A stretch of DNA of 64,000 nt from an uncultured Methanosarcinales archaeon. Its GTDB lineage: Archaea > Nanobdellota > Nanobdellia > Woesearchaeales > ARS49. This document shows, piece by piece, positions 8,909-17,405 of the stretch; positions within the stretch are counted from its first letter, which is position 1; each line of letters opens with the position of its first letter. The notes under the pieces were generated by a model. It was not told the origin of the DNA and searched no databases. It saw only the letters and a list, made by a program, of their open reading frames with translations. Position numbers and translations under genes: made by a program. The DNA is taken from contig CAYUPS010000001.1 in NCBI GenBank assembly GCA_964445485.1, positions 76,941 to 140,940 of the forward strand. The letters run 5' to 3'.

Positions 8909-9055
8909 ATGAATGACCTCCAACGTTCAACCCGAACGCGACCTGTTGCGTACGCTATCGCAAGGATTATATAAATTTTTCGTTGCCGTGCCCACTGCGG
9001 AGTGGCATATCATCCGGCGAAACATTTAAATGCTCGCAACCCGCGAGAGAAACGC

Positions 9056-9343
9056 ATGGCATCGGAGGGAGTCTCTGGCGAGGACCGCGTCGCAGTCATC
9101 GTGCTCGCCCTGATCGTCATCGTGTCCATCTTCGCGCTCGTGATGCTGTTCACCAACGGCAAGGGAGCAGAAGGCAGGTACGTGACATGGGACACGTTCC
9201 GCAAGGCACCCGGCGGCGCCTACGGCGGCACCTCATGGGAAGAGCACACGATCCGCACATACTATCCGACGAGGTCATCGGAGCACGCGATGAACGCCTC
9301 GAGCGCCACGCGCCCGCCGCTCTCCAAAGCGTATTACCGATAG
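9056..9343 (+). CDS. small single-pass membrane protein, paralog 1 of a three-member family
   Basis: ATG 9056 within track ORF 9002 (GTG); ATTTAAAT at 9024-9031 ~28 nt upstream; N-term MASEGVSGEDRVAVIVLALIVIVSIFALVMLF similar to 11120 and 11376 products. Confidence 0.5.
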   Translation: MASEGVSGEDRVAVIVLALIVIVSIFALVMLFTNGKGAEGRYVTWDTFRKAPGGAYGGTSWEEHTIRTYYPTRSSEHAMNASSATRPPLSKAYYR

Positions 9344-9389
9344 TTTCTAGGATAGCTTTTTAAATGGTCGCGGACTTCTCCGGACTCCC

Positions 9390-9680
9390 ATGACTGACCG
9401 CATCGGCGGCGAGCGCCGCAAGACCCGCAGGCTCATGCGCAAGCCCATCCGCAAGCGCGGCAAGCTGAGCCTCACCGCGTTCTTCTCGACGTACAAAGTC
9501 GGCGAGAAGGTCGTGCTGTACTGCGAGCCGGCCTACCAGCGGGGCATGTACCACCTGCGTTTCCACGGCCGCATCGCGACCATCGAAGGCAAGCGCGGCT
9601 CGTGCTACCAAATCTCGGTGCGCGACGGCGGCAAGATGAAGACATGCATCGTGCACCCTGTGCACCTCAAGAAGGCCTGA
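9390..9680 (+). CDS. rpl21e: 50S ribosomal protein L21e
   Basis: 96 aa MTDRIGGERRKTRRLMRKPIRKRGKLSLTAFFSTYKVGEKV... matches L21e; TTTTTAAAT at 9357-9365 ~29 nt upstream. Confidence 0.9.
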   Translation: MTDRIGGERRKTRRLMRKPIRKRGKLSLTAFFSTYKVGEKVVLYCEPAYQRGMYHLRFHGRIATIEGKRGSCYQISVRDGGKMKTCIVHPVHLKKA

Positions 9681-9686
9681 TATCCC

Positions 9687-10028
9687 ATGAAACTCAAGAT
9701 CGTCTCCGAAGCGCCCATCGGCCTCGTCGATGTCAAGGACATCCTCGAGAAGGCGAAGGAGCGCGACACCGCGTTGAATTTCCGCGCGCAGAAGACGCTC
9801 GACTATCTCCAGCAGAACGTGACGATGAGCGCCAAGAAGGTCAAGGAGCTCGCGGACGCGATCGCCAAGCTCGAGATTCCGCGCCTCAAGGACCAGCACA
9901 TCATCAAGGTCTGCGACACGCTCCCGGCGACCGCCGAGGACGTGAAGCTCGCGCTGCAGGGCTACAACGTGACTGTCACGAAGGAGAACCTGCAGAAGAT
10001 CGCGGATGCCGTCAAGGGCGCGCTCTGA
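9687..10028 (+). CDS. rpo4: DNA-directed RNA polymerase subunit Rpo4 (RpoF, Rpb4 homolog)
   Basis: 113 aa helical protein immediately after L21e; conserved archaeal L21e-RpoF-DUF655 gene order. Confidence 0.8.
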   Translation: MKLKIVSEAPIGLVDVKDILEKAKERDTALNFRAQKTLDYLQQNVTMSAKKVKELADAIAKLEIPRLKDQHIIKVCDTLPATAEDVKLALQGYNVTVTKENLQKIADAVKGAL

Positions 10029-10110
10029 TTCTCCGCTGACTTGATTCGCGCATAATTTTATATACTTCCCGCCTCTTGGGAATGACAGAATATGGGAGCC
10101 ATTAGCGGCC

Positions 10111-10698
10111 ATGCAACAGAACGGACCATTGGACCCTCACCCCAAGCTGGTGCGGGAAGAGCACGCGATTGTCCTGGACTTCTTGCCGCACGGCTATCCG
10201 TTTGATCCGACACCGAGCCATCGGAAGAATCCCATCATCCAGGCGATAGGCCGCGACCGCTTCGTGCTGCTTGAGCTCGTCGCCAAGAAGGAGGCGTTCG
10301 TGCAGCCCCTGCAGGAAGTGTATATCGGTGAGGGCAAGCGCGACCAGGTCAATCACGTGGCGGGCAGGATCGCTCTCGAGAAGCTCACGAGCACGGCCAA
10401 GACCGAGCTCGAGTTCGTGATCAAGGATATCATCAAGAAGCGAGAGGCGGATTTCGTGCAGTTCTTCAATACGGCGCACCCGCTGTCGTTGCGCGTGCAC
10501 CAGCTCGAGATGCTGCCGGGCCTCGGCAAGAAGCATCTGTGGGAGATTCTCGATGCGCGGCAGGACAGGCCGTTCGTGAGCTTCGCGGATCTGCGTGAGC
10601 GCGTGAAGCTCATGCCTGATCCTGAGAAGATGCTGCTGCGCCGCATCCTGAATGAGATCGCGGGAAAGGAGAAGCACCCGCTCTTCACGGACGTGTGA
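10111..10698 (+). CDS. DUF655 family RNA-binding protein (OB fold + helix-hairpin-helix)
   Basis: 195 aa; conserved third gene of the L21e-RpoF operon; followed by T-rich stretch 10721-10736. Confidence 0.8.
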   Translation: MQQNGPLDPHPKLVREEHAIVLDFLPHGYPFDPTPSHRKNPIIQAIGRDRFVLLELVAKKEAFVQPLQEVYIGEGKRDQVNHVAGRIALEKLTSTAKTELEFVIKDIIKKREADFVQFFNTAHPLSLRVHQLEMLPGLGKKHLWEILDARQDRPFVSFADLRERVKLMPDPEKMLLRRILNEIAGKEKHPLFTDV

Positions 10699-10720
10699 TT
10701 CTGGCGTCATAGACAGGCAC

Positions 10721-10736
10721 TTAATTCTTTTTGTAT
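10721..10736 (+). terminator. oligo-T terminator after DUF655 gene
   Basis: TTAATTCTTTTTGTAT directly after stop 10696-10698; archaeal termination at T-tracts. Confidence 0.5.
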
Positions 10737-10859
10737 ATAAATTAAAATATATAAAAATAATCGATAGGACAGCCAACACACAAATATTTTTATACACGAA
10801 TAGAGTTCGACGCCCTAAGACAAGGGGGTCTCACAGAACTCTCGCGTCGAGGTGTGAAG

Positions 10860-11003
10860 ATGACAAAGGGACGATGCATGAAGTGCAAAAAGGAAGTCGA
10901 GATGAAGGATGTCAAAGAAGTCACCATGAAGAACGGCATGCGCGCAGCCAAAGGCACGTGCGCCTGCGGCACCAAGGTCTTCCGCATCCTGGGCAAGGCA
11001 TAA
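10860..11003 (+). CDS. 47-aa lysine-rich zinc-ribbon protein (DUF5679-like; CxxC...CxC)
   Basis: ATG 10860 to TAA 11001-11003, translation MTKGRCMKCKKEVEMKDVKEVTMKNGMRAAKGTCACGTKVFRILGKA; below ORF-track size cutoff; T-rich terminator follows. Confidence 0.5.
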   Translation: MTKGRCMKCKKEVEMKDVKEVTMKNGMRAAKGTCACGTKVFRILGKA

Positions 11004-11020
11004 ACACGCCAGCCCCGATC

Positions 11021-11046
11021 CTTTTTCTTTTCTTCTTCTCATTCTC
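11021..11046 (+). terminator. T-rich terminator after 47-aa zinc-ribbon gene
   Basis: CTTTTTCTTTTCTTCTTCTCATTCTC. Confidence 0.5.
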
Positions 11047-11119
11047 ATAAAATTTATATACCCCCAGAGCCACGGCTCCCCCACGCGCCAGACAGCGCGA
11101 AAAAAAGGAGGCAAGACAA

Positions 11120-11383
11120 ATGGAGAACGACAAAGCAATCCTCATCGCCGTTCTCGGTGCCGTCTCCGTGCTCGCCATCATCGGCCTCGTGCTGATGTTC
11201 AACAGCGCAAGAACGGTCGGCATGGCAGGCGTCTACGTAGGAGACTACGGCTCGCCCAACATGCCAGGCATCGGCAGCGAAGTGTACTTCGAAAGAGAAT
11301 GGGAACCGTCATACCTCGAACGCCAAGCCACCGCGGCACAAGGCGGCCGAGACGCAGAACAGAGGGTGGGCAACTATGGATGA
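11120..11383 (+). CDS. small single-pass membrane protein, paralog 2
   Basis: 87 aa; SD AAGGAGG 11105-11111; N-term MENDKAILIAVLGAVSVLAIIGLVLMF; Gly/Tyr-rich C-terminal part. Confidence 0.55.
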   Translation: MENDKAILIAVLGAVSVLAIIGLVLMFNSARTVGMAGVYVGDYGSPNMPGIGSEVYFEREWEPSYLERQATAAQGGRDAEQRVGNYG

Positions 11384-11669
11384 AGCAAAAACAATCGCAC
11401 TCGCCATGCTCGGCATCGTCTCCGTCCTGGCCATCATCGGCCTCGTGCTGATGTTCAGCACCGGCAGCAGCACAGGCGCATACGCATTCAGCTCTGACGT
11501 CGGCGCATCCCACACAGGACCCGGCGAAGGCTACGGCGGCGATCGGCGCTACGGCGGCCTCACCAACCCGTGCGGCGACCAGCCCCGCGGCGGCGCCAGC
11601 GCAGCCCAAGTCCAGGCATGGATCCAGTGCATGCAGGACTACAACAGCAACCGCTACGGCTACAACTAA
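11376..11669 (+). CDS. small single-pass membrane protein, paralog 3
   Basis: 97 aa; ATGGATGA overlap with paralog 2; N-term MDEAKTIALAMLGIVSVLAIIGLVLMF; SD-like GAGGGTGGG upstream; oligo-T terminator 11681-11702. Confidence 0.55.
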   Translation: MDEAKTIALAMLGIVSVLAIIGLVLMFSTGSSTGAYAFSSDVGASHTGPGEGYGGDRRYGGLTNPCGDQPRGGASAAQVQAWIQCMQDYNSNRYGYN

Positions 11670-11680
11670 AGCCAGACGCG

Positions 11681-11702
11681 TTTTTCTTTTTTTCCTTTTT
11701 CT
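11681..11702 (+). terminator. oligo-T terminator after small membrane protein paralog 3
   Basis: TTTTTCTTTTTTTCCTTTTTCT 12 nt after stop. Confidence 0.55.
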
Positions 11703-11741
11703 ATCGCAACAATTTTAAGAGCCGGCCCCAAGACAGACCGC

Positions 11742-12410
11742 ATGGAACTCACCTGGCTCGGCGACTCCAGCATCCTCCTCCAAACACAAGGCACGACCAT
11801 CTACATCGACCCCGTCCCCCCGCTCGAAGGCTGGCCTCGCAGCATGCCCGCCGCAGACCTCATCCTCCTCTCCCACGACCACCCCACCCACTTCTCCCAC
11901 GCAGCCCTGCGGCAGCTGCGCAAAGACGGCACCGCAGTCTGGGGCGCAAAAGAAGTCGCCGCCCAACTCTACGGCTGCCTCCCCCTCAGTGAAGGCAGCC
12001 TCCTCGAATTCCGGCACATCCGCCTCCACGCCACCCCCGCCTACAACCCCACACCGCCCCGCTCAGGACCCCCCGGCATCAAGCTCACGCACGCGCGCGG
12101 CGATGCCATCGGCTTCCTGCTCGAACTCGAAGACAAACGCCTCTACTACGCAGGCGACATCGGCCTCATGCCGGAGCTGCGCCAACTCAGCTGCGACATC
12201 GCACTCCTACCAGTCGGCGGCACACTGACACTCCGCGCCAAAGACGCAGCGGACGCCGTCGAGCGGCTCGGCGCCCGCACCGCCATCCCCCTGCACTGGG
12301 GCGGCATCGAAGGGACACGCGATGACGCAGAGCTCTTCAAAGAGATCGTCGAAGACAAGAAACTCGCCACCGCCATCATCCCCGAGAGAAACCGGCCGAT
12401 CCATCTCTAG
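11742..12410 (+). CDS. metallo-beta-lactamase-fold hydrolase
   Basis: 222 aa; LSHDHPTHF metal-binding motif, later His/Asp ligands; AATTTTAAG ~28 nt upstream. Confidence 0.8.
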   Translation: MELTWLGDSSILLQTQGTTIYIDPVPPLEGWPRSMPAADLILLSHDHPTHFSHAALRQLRKDGTAVWGAKEVAAQLYGCLPLSEGSLLEFRHIRLHATPAYNPTPPRSGPPGIKLTHARGDAIGFLLELEDKRLYYAGDIGLMPELRQLSCDIALLPVGGTLTLRAKDAADAVERLGARTAIPLHWGGIEGTRDDAELFKEIVEDKKLATAIIPERNRPIHL

Positions 12411-15352
12411 GGCGAGATGCCCTGCAGCAGGATCGAGTGCAACGACGAATTCTTTGAAACACCGCTCTTCGCAGGGAAGAGCGACTCAGCGATGGACTCA
12501 TTCAGGACATCCGCCGGCGCACCCGAGCCATTCTTCACCATAGGCGGCAGGGCCACGTTAGCAGGAACGGAATTCTTCGCCGCAGACTGCCAGCCATGCA
12601 CCACTCGGTGCACCGTGATGCGCTGCGGCAGGCGCGCCTCGAACACCTTCTCGAACTGCGGCACGCTCTCCCCAGAGAACAGGCGCACGAGCGTCATGTC
12701 AAGAGCAGCATCATCGACCAGCGCGGACCAGTACGAGCCGTTCACATCCTTTATCACCAGCACGCTGAAATCTGATTTCGCATCAGCGTACTTGCGCACG
12801 CGCCGCACACCACCCTCCACCACCGCAAGCCCTGAGGGACGCAAGCCATTCTGCACCGCATCCATCGACGAGAGATTGACGAGGAAATTCGTGCACGCGA
12901 GAAGACCTGAGCCAGCAGACGAGCAGTACGCGACATTCGAGACATTGATGCCTGCCTCGCGGACGTGCGAATCCGCAAGCGAGAGAAGCTTCAGCCGCGC
13001 ATCAGACTCGCTCAGGTTGAACCTGCTCGAGAGCACACGAGTGGCGTTATCCATGTCCAACCCTGCCGTCGCCTCAATCATCGCGCCATCAACAAGCGAC
13101 CAGGAAGCGAGAGCCATCATCTGCGGCAGCTTCTGGAACGCATCCTCAGTAATCACGAGATACGCAGGCTGTGGCGAGCAGTCAGTCAGGTCTATCGCGC
13201 TCTGCGGCAAACCATTATCCCTCGCCATCGCTACTGCAGAGGAGCGGTTGATCGCCGCGCGCAGCAGCGTCGTCTCATCTCCGAATGCATCGAGCGCGGC
13301 ATGGATGGTGCCGCAATTCTCCATGCGCAGTATCGCCTCGCTCTCAACCAGAGATGTTGAGACCATCGCGCGCGGGAACCAGTAGGAGTGTGCATTGTCG
13401 AACGCAGCATTGTCCCACAGCGTCGCTTTGCCAGCCACCGCCTGCCACACATACCCCTCATCCCACCACGCATCGATGATCGCAGAACCATTGACCTCCC
13501 GTTCAAAGAAGAGTCCGACATCGGTGTGCGCGGCGGTCACCGCAGGCAGCATAGACGTCTGAGCCCAGTACGGAAGGAATGGAGGCAGGAATACCGAGAG
13601 TATGACTACTGCGACGACGCACTGCGTTCCCCAGCGGGGAAGCCTGAAATGCACTGCTGCAGGAATCCTGCAGAGCGCAGGCCACACTGCGTGCAGGCCG
13701 AGAGCGAAGAGGAATAGCGCGGGAGCCGCGAGGTAGAAGCTGAAGCGGCGGGCGAGAAGCGTCGCGATAAAGACAGGCACAAACCAGCATGCGGCCAGGA
13801 GGAGCGCGGGCGGAGGGGAGAGCCTGCGGAGTCCCCGATACGCGAGATACGCCAGCGTCGCCGCGAGAGAGAGCAGCATCACGTAGCCGCCGAGGAAATT
13901 GACAAGGACTGGGAAGGGCGTTCTCTGCAGCTCACTGATTGACCCGATGAGCGAAGGATAGACCGCATTGAGCGTGCGTCCCGTCAAGTACCACTCAGCC
14001 CGCTGAACGAACTGCGTTCCAAGCAGCCAGTACGCTGCGAGAGCGCATGCCGCAACAAAGCCGGCGAGCGTGCCATAACTCCAGCGTTCGCGGCGGAACA
14101 CCACCACGCGGAGTATCCTGAAAAATCCGAACACTGCAGCGAACATGCAGAGGACGATGAGGATATATGGCCACCCCTGCCAGATGTTGCTGAACACCCA
14201 TAGGCTCGCGGCGAACGCGACAGCATACGCCGCTCGCGGGCGCCATGAACACGCCGTGCAAGCACAGACTGCGAAGAGTACGGCAGCAATCGAGAGCATG
14301 ATCGCGGGACTCTGCGTATCGGTGTTACCCGCGAACGTGCCTAAGAAGAACAGCGGGTGTACTGCGAAAAGAACTCCCGCAATGCCCGCGATCGCCAATG
14401 AGCGAGTCAACCTGAGCACGAGCAGCACGAACAGCAGCGCAGCGAGAGTGCCGATGACTGCGGGGAGAAAGAACAGCGATTCGAGCAGAGTGGATGAGCT
14501 GGCCAACGCAACACCGAGCAACCCGTCAGATGCGTACCCCGCGCTTTGCCCGGCGAAACGATTGTTGAAGCGGTGGTAGGCAGCCAGTATCTTCGGCCAC
14601 CAGTTCAAATCGACAGAGACACCATAGGGCGCAATACGCAGCCAGTCATGCTTCCTGCCTGCGCTATCGATTGGCGCCTCCGACCCAGTCTCGACTATAT
14701 TGCGCGCCATGCGGTAGTACAGGTACGTATCCGCTTTGTAGAGGAACGGCTGTAGCGTGTCCGCTGACCCCTGAGCATAGAGCGATTTGAGCGATTCCAC
14801 ATCCTGCGCGACCCTCGCGGCGTACGCGGGCGACGCGCGCAGCTCGGCGAGGCGCGCATTCACCTCCCTCTCCAGACCCGCATCAGAGATGTACGGATAG
14901 GCTGCCTTGGTCTCCGCGATTGCCTGACGGACTGCATCGTTGTCGGCGAGAGCTGCAGCACGGGCATCCAACTGCGGAAGATATGCGGTTCGCGTGAGAG
15001 TCATCCATGCCGCGCCTCCGACAACCAAGAAGACAAGAACCAACGCCCACCACCGGAAGGCAGGACTGTCGCGCGCGCGTTGCTCCGGCGTATCGAGAGG
15101 GACCGTGGTGCTCGTCACCACAACATCAGTATCGTCTTCGCGCTCGCGCAGAATCTTGACAGGGCGAACAGCACGGGACTTGGCGAGATCGGTAGCTTTG
15201 GGCGCGTGACGCGTGACTGGCTTGACAGTCGCCTTATCAGGAGTCTCCCCGCTCGCCGCGCGCTCGGCAGGCGCTTCTTTCTCTTTCTCCTTGCGCTGCG
15301 CATCGAGAGTCTTGCCTATGTCAAGCGATGCGCCGAAGTCGAACTCTCTCAT
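12407..15352 (-). CDS. aglB: archaeal oligosaccharyltransferase AglB (STT3 family)
   Basis: Polytopic N-terminal half plus soluble C-terminal domain with WWDEGY (WWDYG-type) motif; first external loop KADTYLYYRMARN (DxYxYR). Track ORF extends to 15544 but overlaps divergent gene; ATG 15352 preferred, TATATAAA (15390-15397, minus orientation) upstream. Confidence 0.88.
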   Translation of the reverse strand: MREFDFGASLDIGKTLDAQRKEKEKEAPAERAASGETPDKATVKPVTRHAPKATDLAKSRAVRPVKILREREDDTDVVVTSTTVPLDTPEQRARDSPAFRWWALVLVFLVVGGAAWMTLTRTAYLPQLDARAAALADNDAVRQAIAETKAAYPYISDAGLEREVNARLAELRASPAYAARVAQDVESLKSLYAQGSADTLQPFLYKADTYLYYRMARNIVETGSEAPIDSAGRKHDWLRIAPYGVSVDLNWWPKILAAYHRFNNRFAGQSAGYASDGLLGVALASSSTLLESLFFLPAVIGTLAALLFVLLVLRLTRSLAIAGIAGVLFAVHPLFFLGTFAGNTDTQSPAIMLSIAAVLFAVCACTACSWRPRAAYAVAFAASLWVFSNIWQGWPYILIVLCMFAAVFGFFRILRVVVFRRERWSYGTLAGFVAACALAAYWLLGTQFVQRAEWYLTGRTLNAVYPSLIGSISELQRTPFPVLVNFLGGYVMLLSLAATLAYLAYRGLRRLSPPPALLLAACWFVPVFIATLLARRFSFYLAAPALFLFALGLHAVWPALCRIPAAVHFRLPRWGTQCVVAVVILSVFLPPFLPYWAQTSMLPAVTAAHTDVGLFFEREVNGSAIIDAWWDEGYVWQAVAGKATLWDNAAFDNAHSYWFPRAMVSTSLVESEAILRMENCGTIHAALDAFGDETTLLRAAINRSSAVAMARDNGLPQSAIDLTDCSPQPAYLVITEDAFQKLPQMMALASWSLVDGAMIEATAGLDMDNATRVLSSRFNLSESDARLKLLSLADSHVREAGINVSNVAYCSSAGSGLLACTNFLVNLSSMDAVQNGLRPSGLAVVEGGVRRVRKYADAKSDFSVLVIKDVNGSYWSALVDDAALDMTLVRLFSGESVPQFEKVFEARLPQRITVHRVVHGWQSAAKNSVPANVALPPMVKNGSGAPADVLNESIAESLFPAKSGVSKNSSLHSILLQGISP

Positions 15353-15387
15353 GCCCAAAAACCCCTGGCGCGGGCAGACGCCAGCAA

Positions 15388-15422
15388 CTATATAAACATT
15401 AGCAAGGCTAATTTTATATACG
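15388..15422. promoter_or_regulatory. back-to-back TATA boxes (TATATAAA 15390-15397 for aglB, TTTTATATAC 15413-15422 for epimerase)
   Basis: 90-bp divergent intergenic region 15353-15443. Confidence 0.55.
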
Positions 15423-15443
15423 AACCCTCGCAGGAGCATCCGC

Positions 15444-16388
15444 ATGCGATACCTTGTAACCGGCGGCGCCGGCTTCATCGGCAGCCATGTCTGCGAAGCG
15501 CTGCTGGCGCGCGGAGACCATGTGACCTGCGTCGATGATTTCAATGATTATTACGACCCGGCCGCCAAAGAGCGCAACATACAGACTAGCCTGCAGTCCC
15601 CCCGATTCATTGTCTGCCGCGACAGCATCACGGACTTTGGCGCCATGCAGCGGGTATTTCAGCGAGAGACACCCGAGAGAGTCATCCATCTCGCTGCGCG
15701 TGCAGGCGTCAGGCCCTCCATCAGCCAGCCATTGCTGTATTCGCACGTGAACATCACAGGCACGCTGAACCTGCTGGAGCTCGCGGCGCAGCAAGGCATC
15801 CAGAATTTCGTCTTTGCCTCCAGCTCATCGGTCTACGGCGAGCGCAACAGCGTCCCTTTCAAAGAGACCGATCCCGTGGACAACCCTATCAGCCCGTACG
15901 CCGCGACGAAAAAATCTGGCGAGCTGCTCTGCCACGTATATTCGCGCCTGCACAACCTTCCCTGCTCGTGCCTGCGGTTCTTCACAGTGTACGGACCGCG
16001 TGGCAGACCCGACATGGCACCGTACAAGTTCACAAGGGCAGTCATGGAAGGCCAGCAAATCGAGATGTACGGCGATGGATCGACGCTGCGGGACTACACG
16101 TACGTCGATGACATCGTCGCAGGGGTCATCGCCGCCGCGGACAAACCTCACGCATACGAGATATTCAACCTCGGCAATTCCAGCCCAGTCACGCTCAAAG
16201 ACTTCATCGCGACCATCGAGAAAGTCGCAGGAGCGCAGGCACGGATTGTCCAGAAGCCGCTGCAGCAAGGGGACGTATCCAAGACATACGCAGACACGAG
16301 CAAGGCGCAGCGCATGCTCTCCTGGCAGCCAAGCACCCCGCTCGAAGAGGGACTGCGCCGCACGCATGCCTGGCTGCAGCACCCCTAG
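15444..16388 (+). CDS. NAD-dependent nucleotide-sugar epimerase (UDP-glucuronate 4-epimerase-like, extended SDR)
   Basis: 314 aa; VTGGAGFIGSH Rossmann, FNDYYD signature typical of UDP-GlcA 4-epimerases, YAATK catalytic motif; TTTTATATAC 27 nt upstream. Confidence 0.85.
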   Translation: MRYLVTGGAGFIGSHVCEALLARGDHVTCVDDFNDYYDPAAKERNIQTSLQSPRFIVCRDSITDFGAMQRVFQRETPERVIHLAARAGVRPSISQPLLYSHVNITGTLNLLELAAQQGIQNFVFASSSSVYGERNSVPFKETDPVDNPISPYAATKKSGELLCHVYSRLHNLPCSCLRFFTVYGPRGRPDMAPYKFTRAVMEGQQIEMYGDGSTLRDYTYVDDIVAGVIAAADKPHAYEIFNLGNSSPVTLKDFIATIEKVAGAQARIVQKPLQQGDVSKTYADTSKAQRMLSWQPSTPLEEGLRRTHAWLQHP

Positions 16389-16427
16389 TGCATAAGGTAT
16401 TTAAGGGACTGCACAGAGGGAGAACGC

Positions 16428-17366
16428 ATGGCGAAATACCTCGTGACTGGCGGCGCCGGCTTCATCGGCTCGCACATCGTCGATGCTCTCGTGGCACGCG
16501 GCGAAAATGTCGTCGTCTTCGACGACCTCAGCAGCGGCAGCGCCAAAAACGTAGCCCATCACGGCAAGAAGATAACATTCATGCAAGGCGATCTGCGCAA
16601 TCCTGACGCGGTCAAGAAGGCGACCGAGGGATGCGACTTCGTGTTCCACCAAGCCGCCCTCGCCAGCGTCCCGAAATCATTCGAGCGGCCGCATGACTTC
16701 ATCGACGTGAACGTCAAAGGGACCTACAACGTCTTCGCTGCTGCCCAAGAAGCGAGAGTCAAACGGGTGGTCTGGGCCAGCTCGAGCGCGGTCTACGGCG
16801 ACGCCACGAAGATGCCGCAACGAGAGGGCGAAGAGGGCACCTGCATCTCTCCCTATGCGTTCACCAAGAAAGCTGGCGAAGATCTTGCCCGCATGTTCTG
16901 GAAAGCCCACGGCCTCGAGACTGTCTCCCTGAGGTACTTCAACGTCTTCGGTCCGCGCCAGGAACCAGACAGCCCCTATGCTGCAGCGATACCAAAATTC
17001 ATCAAAGCGATCGCCAACGACCAGCCTCCGACCATATTCGGCGACGGGGAGCAGACACGGGATTTCACGTACGTCGCGAATGTCGTCGACGCCAACCTCC
17101 GAGCGATGAGCGCGCCTGCCGCCAGAGTCGCAGGCGAGGTCTTCAACATCGCGCTCGGCAAACCTACCTCAGTCAACCAGCTCATCCGCGAGATCAGCGC
17201 ATTCCTCGGAAAGAAAAACAAGGCGGCCCACCTGCCTCCCCGGCAGGGGGACATCTTGCACAGCTGCGCGGACATCAGCAGAGCGGCAGCAGCCTTCGGC
17301 ATGCGGGAATTCATCCCGCTCAAAGAAGGCATCAAGAACACGATCGAGTGGCACACGCGAACATAG
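16428..17366 (+). CDS. NAD-dependent nucleotide-sugar 4-epimerase/dehydratase (extended SDR)
   Basis: 312 aa; VTGGAGFIGSH, YAFTKK (YxxxK) catalytic motif; SD-like GAGGGAG upstream. Confidence 0.85.
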   Translation: MAKYLVTGGAGFIGSHIVDALVARGENVVVFDDLSSGSAKNVAHHGKKITFMQGDLRNPDAVKKATEGCDFVFHQAALASVPKSFERPHDFIDVNVKGTYNVFAAAQEARVKRVVWASSSAVYGDATKMPQREGEEGTCISPYAFTKKAGEDLARMFWKAHGLETVSLRYFNVFGPRQEPDSPYAAAIPKFIKAIANDQPPTIFGDGEQTRDFTYVANVVDANLRAMSAPAARVAGEVFNIALGKPTSVNQLIREISAFLGKKNKAAHLPPRQGDILHSCADISRAAAAFGMREFIPLKEGIKNTIEWHTRT

Positions 17367-17405
17367 ACCGCCGAGTTCTTATGCGAAGCCACATATGAAG
17401 GCACC

